Shown here: in pieces, positions 62,101 to 64,000 of the stretch
Layout: each line of letters opens with the position of its first letter
Numbering within the stretch: position 1 is the stretch's first letter
IMG/VR virus record: IMGVR_UViG_3300005985_000001
Location: 1-64,000 of that record
Source of the DNA: a virus
Lineage: Duplodnaviria > Caudoviricetes
Direction: 5' to 3' (one strand)
Length of the DNA: 64,000 bases
Translations under genes and position numbers: made by a program
The notes under the pieces: generated by a model
Seen by the model: the letters and a program-made list of their open reading frames with translations, nothing else
Database searches by the model: none
Told to the model about the DNA's origin: nothing

Positions 62101-64000
62101 GGCACGTTATAATCCGAATTATATGCCAGGCGGCGACCTTGCCGGTCAGATGACCCGCATTGCAATGGGCGGCGGGGATACAGGAACGGTTGCCCAGTCC
62201 TTCGCTGGATCGCGCGGTATCAGCCCGTTTAGTCAGTCTATGATGGATAGCGTAAATCGCTATGCCATGAACATGCTCACTGATCAACAGAATATGGGCT
62301 TGTTCACGGAAGCATCCAGCTTTGTGGGACAGCAGATTGGTGGTGTCAATCAGGCACTGCGTATGGCAGGACTGGGTAGCAGCCAGGCTGATCTCCTTCA
62401 GATGGTGCAATTCCTGCAAAATGGTGGGTCACTTGACCAGTTCAATGCAGGACTTCAGAGCCGAGGTACTGCTGCCTCGCTTCGCATGAGTACACCGGGT
62501 TTCTTCGATGTGGGTGGCTATCGACTGAAAGATAACTGGGAAGTATTCTCTGGTCAGGGTGATTTTGTCACGACTGAACGCTTGCAGCAGCAGGCAATGC
62601 AAGCCGGGCAGATGTATAACCAGTTCCTCGCCAATGGCGCTTCGCCGGGAGATGCCTTTGCCAATGCTTACCGCTACGGCACGGACTACGATGAAGCCAG
62701 CGCGAACCGTCAATTCCAAATGCTTCAGGGCAATCAGCGAGTCATTTCACTTGAAGGTGTCCGAACCCAGAATGCTGCATTGCAAACGATCAATCCGAAC
62801 ACGGGGATGGGCGCATACTACAACAACGTCAATGCCGAGAATATCGCGGCGCTGAGAGCCAACAATCCCTTTGGCTTGTTCAACCTCACCGACGAAGAAG
62901 CACGCATGGGCGAGATGGGCTGGCAGAACCAGATCCTGCGCGCCAATCGCGGGCTGGAAGCTTACCAGTATGGGATGCGAGTGCGTCAGCGTGATCTGGG
63001 CTATGCGCTCACCACTGGCAATATGTTCCAGGCAGGGGGTCTGTTCGGTGCAGACGGAATGGCATTCAACCCCGGCGATGGCAGAGGCTTCTGGCAATTG
63101 GAAGATGCATCTCGTCGTCTGAATCGTGCGCAGCAGTCCTTCTCGTATGAGCAGGATACGGCACAACTGGGGATTCGTCAGCGTGAATTCGAGCTTTCTG
63201 GTTTGCAGTGGCAGACCAATTACGAATTGCAGCAGCGCCAGTTTGCATACAATACGCAGTATCAACGCGAAACACTGGGCATCTCGCGTGGACGCGAACT
63301 GGAACAGCAAAGCTGGCGACGAGAGGATCTTGCTTTTTCCAGATCACAACTCGATATTGGCTTTGCGTGGAATATGGAAGATGCAGATCGCAATATCCGC
63401 TATGCGCGTGGGCGTGAGAAGCGCGATCTGATGCGTCAGAAAGCCCGCGAAGTCATTCGCTACTCGATGGAATCGTCTCAACTGGATCGTCAGACCGAGC
63501 GCAATGAACAGCAAGTCGGCTGGTCGCAGCAGGACTTCGAGCGCCAGAAGCAGTATTTCGAACAGGGCGTTCAGTTCCAGAAAGAGGCGATGGAGAACCA
63601 GAAGAAGTTCTACGACCAGAACCGTGAACTGGATCGCCAGCGTCTTGACCTGGCAAAGCAGGCGCATGACCGTCAACTGGGCTGGATGCAGGAAGGCTGG
63701 CAGATCGAAGATCAGCGTATCCTGCTCGAACGCCAGAACTACCAGTTGTCCTACAAGCAGCAGGTCGATATGGATACCCGGATTCGTGAGAACACGCTCA
63801 CGGTGCAGCGATGGAGCGATGCGATTGATCAGGCAGGACGTGTCATGCAGGAACGGATTGCAGCGATCAATACTGCGGTGAGTACCGGGAACATCACTAG
63901 CCCACAAGCGCAACGGAACCTGAACAATTATTCCTATACAGGCTTGTCGCAGGATTCGGGTAGTGGCAGCAGTTCGAGCGGCACGGGATTGCCCGTGAAT
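56108..64000 (+). CDS. Giant tape-measure-position protein (>2630 aa, 3' truncated) with RNA-polymerase-like and PD-(D/E)xK nuclease domains
   Basis: ATG overlaps the chaperone stop (ATGA); frame read by hand over most of its length and open at the window end. RYP (aa 804-806), GDNDGD (aa 852-857), RADF...VGDIKT...QVSNY (aa 1356-1401), Pro/Gly linker, then Ala/Gly/Gln helical and coiled-coil region. Confidence 0.88.
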   Translation, partial: MRLRRNMAFNANLDVDNQDHYRHLMNRLDREGIKYGMNDVDLGFGRNLTAITINQRIRDKDVQSHLFYGPEGGLYVSNPNNTGGVRPILSTIRFNKDESISPSNPLMSPVDRVINMIQNPNWEDPKTKRVSQYGLSTLAQKQGADNVSWQRLEAQPGLDRLFRNGVQLSGEKYSYNDKIDQLNRATGSDYVNYARVGAAYRAKDYEAVIPTNNAGGMLISKLKEAKLFTGKVSDAVIGRNIYEPSPEPFYFEGQAGPNQSVVLRGAFDLFSEIPEGAAFTAGLGAANRISRTVTLPRGTTYDPDTGGLTLANGTALSAGTYFGGKPPGSYSDYTRLGGKREYNDIFGVSMGSYHSTLIENIVPELNDRGQFTGRATFDARAITKDVAIKSWIKAEGMDIHRSAMPFDEETDRHVDTWMRLPDLKKLPALALKALAADMNNTEAFGQWFGEQASARGMSADWIAQNFQNGQVSKEATPLVTEAAIQRLLSKATYNPQNPRRNVPLGSTEYEAFRNVTFIHQGQSYNVLGNVQARDDGTYLAETFHTPRIVTDYATNVRTEHVRDTMRIKPGTLSIMAQNNPELFDSLTSIAQATRKNNRAFAMTSAFRANSSSEQRQAVQDIFGIDKLDIAQVGRLREEYLSNNTDVSDSGMFRHILSGLAEQYGEQALELKTPQGSMILPNARTIRAGLRRNNDNPELINNWSKSAAGLITALGDDSISPDIIQNMANDTYARMEEHSGKRGVQQKATSIELGRLGGFARSTPGIPDNMAITSLATIQKRTGIENPDEIRRMAAQGDLVLSGWRYPSTHAKDFAASVRLGIYEDQPQWYKDRYLNPGRDVYTSPEIMRALRGDNDGDRFQAVLNRFRTQAAEFGKSLTALTPRQVVQRAANAFESERTKFIKTMAERSGMDLANTPLSAFSSFSYSQKQMREDFLTEEREAKSLIGINTNTFNRSMGMAARSGAEQLFGVDSPLTDRIAVAFSSIENITGASALDRAANKDTALEYLQQVGQDKGLYRTGARFWNRSTGKTLTGPESQFQEIFKQLSSIGSNLEGEPVLGISPDQEYRQKLAPAIATAMLTRDEMKRLADSGELDQRINQMADMLTQRRATGEDISTQLLPLTGAAKFAEWGEGNGSGLGSQSSIGQWITGQIANNYRLSQRKDKSGNKMVDANGKPVIMGEFPTDWGAQYENAGKIAQSIQEFNTNLGKRRGNNTLEQAVRSVAGGGERLKNFLGGMFPGLAQATQRFAVAPVDDPSLYNPGAYLTASQWTSGTGVDDELLRLVNLNTTSAERSGVIAELMKSGAFQEYRPYSGPANNADKVGTRMENVLTGKLAAPENQQILMANARRRMGNSRADFGMRDSAGNLVVGDIKTKSRTGLMSDLLGPSLRGDIMGQVSNYITGTRIDGGERQTGDYGVVVGGIRLSDNPNMPESEVAAGFEQAHDLAMQMYSNSQMPTSWANAGWTQERWESHRQASMQAMQDIYAASGMKVAARVVTGEEAEQFLNARQGDIYNLKSIRPEHRAADMAGRAQQIMALRGGGNISGSGVGSPPPPNMPGAPPAPPSGDDGYVPSSASGSGGSGGGGSVVNNNTVYRMSNPRITSKQIAEAEIALEHLGEAAKTFATGSKEAREEMLKHYDALKTVSSYLSDVERAQRSPDGFNTNNPNYLLLQQRLGSGRAGGSAFGTINNAVYDPALSNAAYEAQLANMRDTGEEPPQSRLQRMMRGGQDLAERIIKTQGLFHAKLAFNMFAGSAIGAADNWQDQQAAQGMMLAQAGQLTFNQLMGSQFGTMQRRNIALQEGGLAYGQQVYSAYAPLINFAAGPDTAKGPLGAMAGIGVPAFGVAAAATTLTGSPLFGAVAGGVTAGIGTLGYMSSNAVNYQAVGAFNQQRNAGMGLQAMFQNTAGAAGAFWNDLGRGLGLVSDEDYQRYLDAPQFNDLIQRYSRGEVGRQEAIAQAEAMRFNGGDLMAGGLEAWVQSQTRAGASRETALSNYSYWARYNPNYMPGGDLAGQMTRIAMGGGDTGTVAQSFAGSRGISPFSQSMMDSVNRYAMNMLTDQQNMGLFTEASSFVGQQIGGVNQALRMAGLGSSQADLLQMVQFLQNGGSLDQFNAGLQSRGTAASLRMSTPGFFDVGGYRLKDNWEVFSGQGDFVTTERLQQQAMQAGQMYNQFLANGASPGDAFANAYRYGTDYDEASANRQFQMLQGNQRVISLEGVRTQNAALQTINPNTGMGAYYNNVNAENIAALRANNPFGLFNLTDEEARMGEMGWQNQILRANRGLEAYQYGMRVRQRDLGYALTTGNMFQAGGLFGADGMAFNPGDGRGFWQLEDASRRLNRAQQSFSYEQDTAQLGIRQREFELSGLQWQTNYELQQRQFAYNTQYQRETLGISRGRELEQQSWRREDLAFSRSQLDIGFAWNMEDADRNIRYARGREKRDLMRQKAREVIRYSMESSQLDRQTERNEQQVGWSQQDFERQKQYFEQGVQFQKEAMENQKKFYDQNRELDRQRLDLAKQAHDRQLGWMQEGWQIEDQRILLERQNYQLSYKQQVDMDTRIRENTLTVQRWSDAIDQAGRVMQERIAAINTAVSTGNITSPQAQRNLNNYSYTGLSQDSGSGSSSSGTGLPVN

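Noticed and set aside
48114-63913. Minus-strand ORFs in the virion operon (e.g. 54528-55514, 53085-53771, 62747-63310)
   Set aside because: Antisense shadows of structural genes and of the giant tape measure ORF.
56108-64000. Apparent 8 kb non-coding gap in the ORF track
   Set aside because: Artefact: the ORF has no stop codon within the window, so the track omitted it. The same applies to the integrase at the left edge.

Overview
The window is an internal 64 kb segment of a large temperate tailed-phage (siphovirus-like) genome or prophage; the host cannot be established from sequence. A ~44 kb leftward arm (1-43.7 kb, minus strand) runs from a large serine integrase that exits the left edge, through RecA, DnaB, a replication initiator, primase, a Sak4-like ATPase, PD-(D/E)xK nucleases, a sliding clamp, a MoxR-type AAA ATPase pair and SSB, plus about 80 small hypothetical genes. 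A rightward virion operon (44.2-64 kb) encodes TerL, tRNA-Trp, a tRNA-like RNA, portal, scaffold, capsid, neck proteins, a glycosyltransferase, tail tube, frameshifted tail chaperones and a giant ORF (>2630 aa, missing from the ORF track because it has no stop in the window). Three signals stand out. (1) The giant ORF sits in the tape-measure position but carries a two-barrel RNA-polymerase catalytic signature (RYP...GDNDGD) and a separate RecB/Cas4-like nuclease signature. (2) A 12-bp palindrome, CGGAACGTTCCG, occurs at least 22 times perfectly plus 6 single-mismatch copies, in all reading frames and at gene junctions. (3) At least 18 hairpins with variable, covarying stems and a conserved CACCAC loop sit directly upstream of GAAGGAG Shine-Dalgarno sites, always in the sense orientation. 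All protein calls are by-eye motif recognition; no database search was run.
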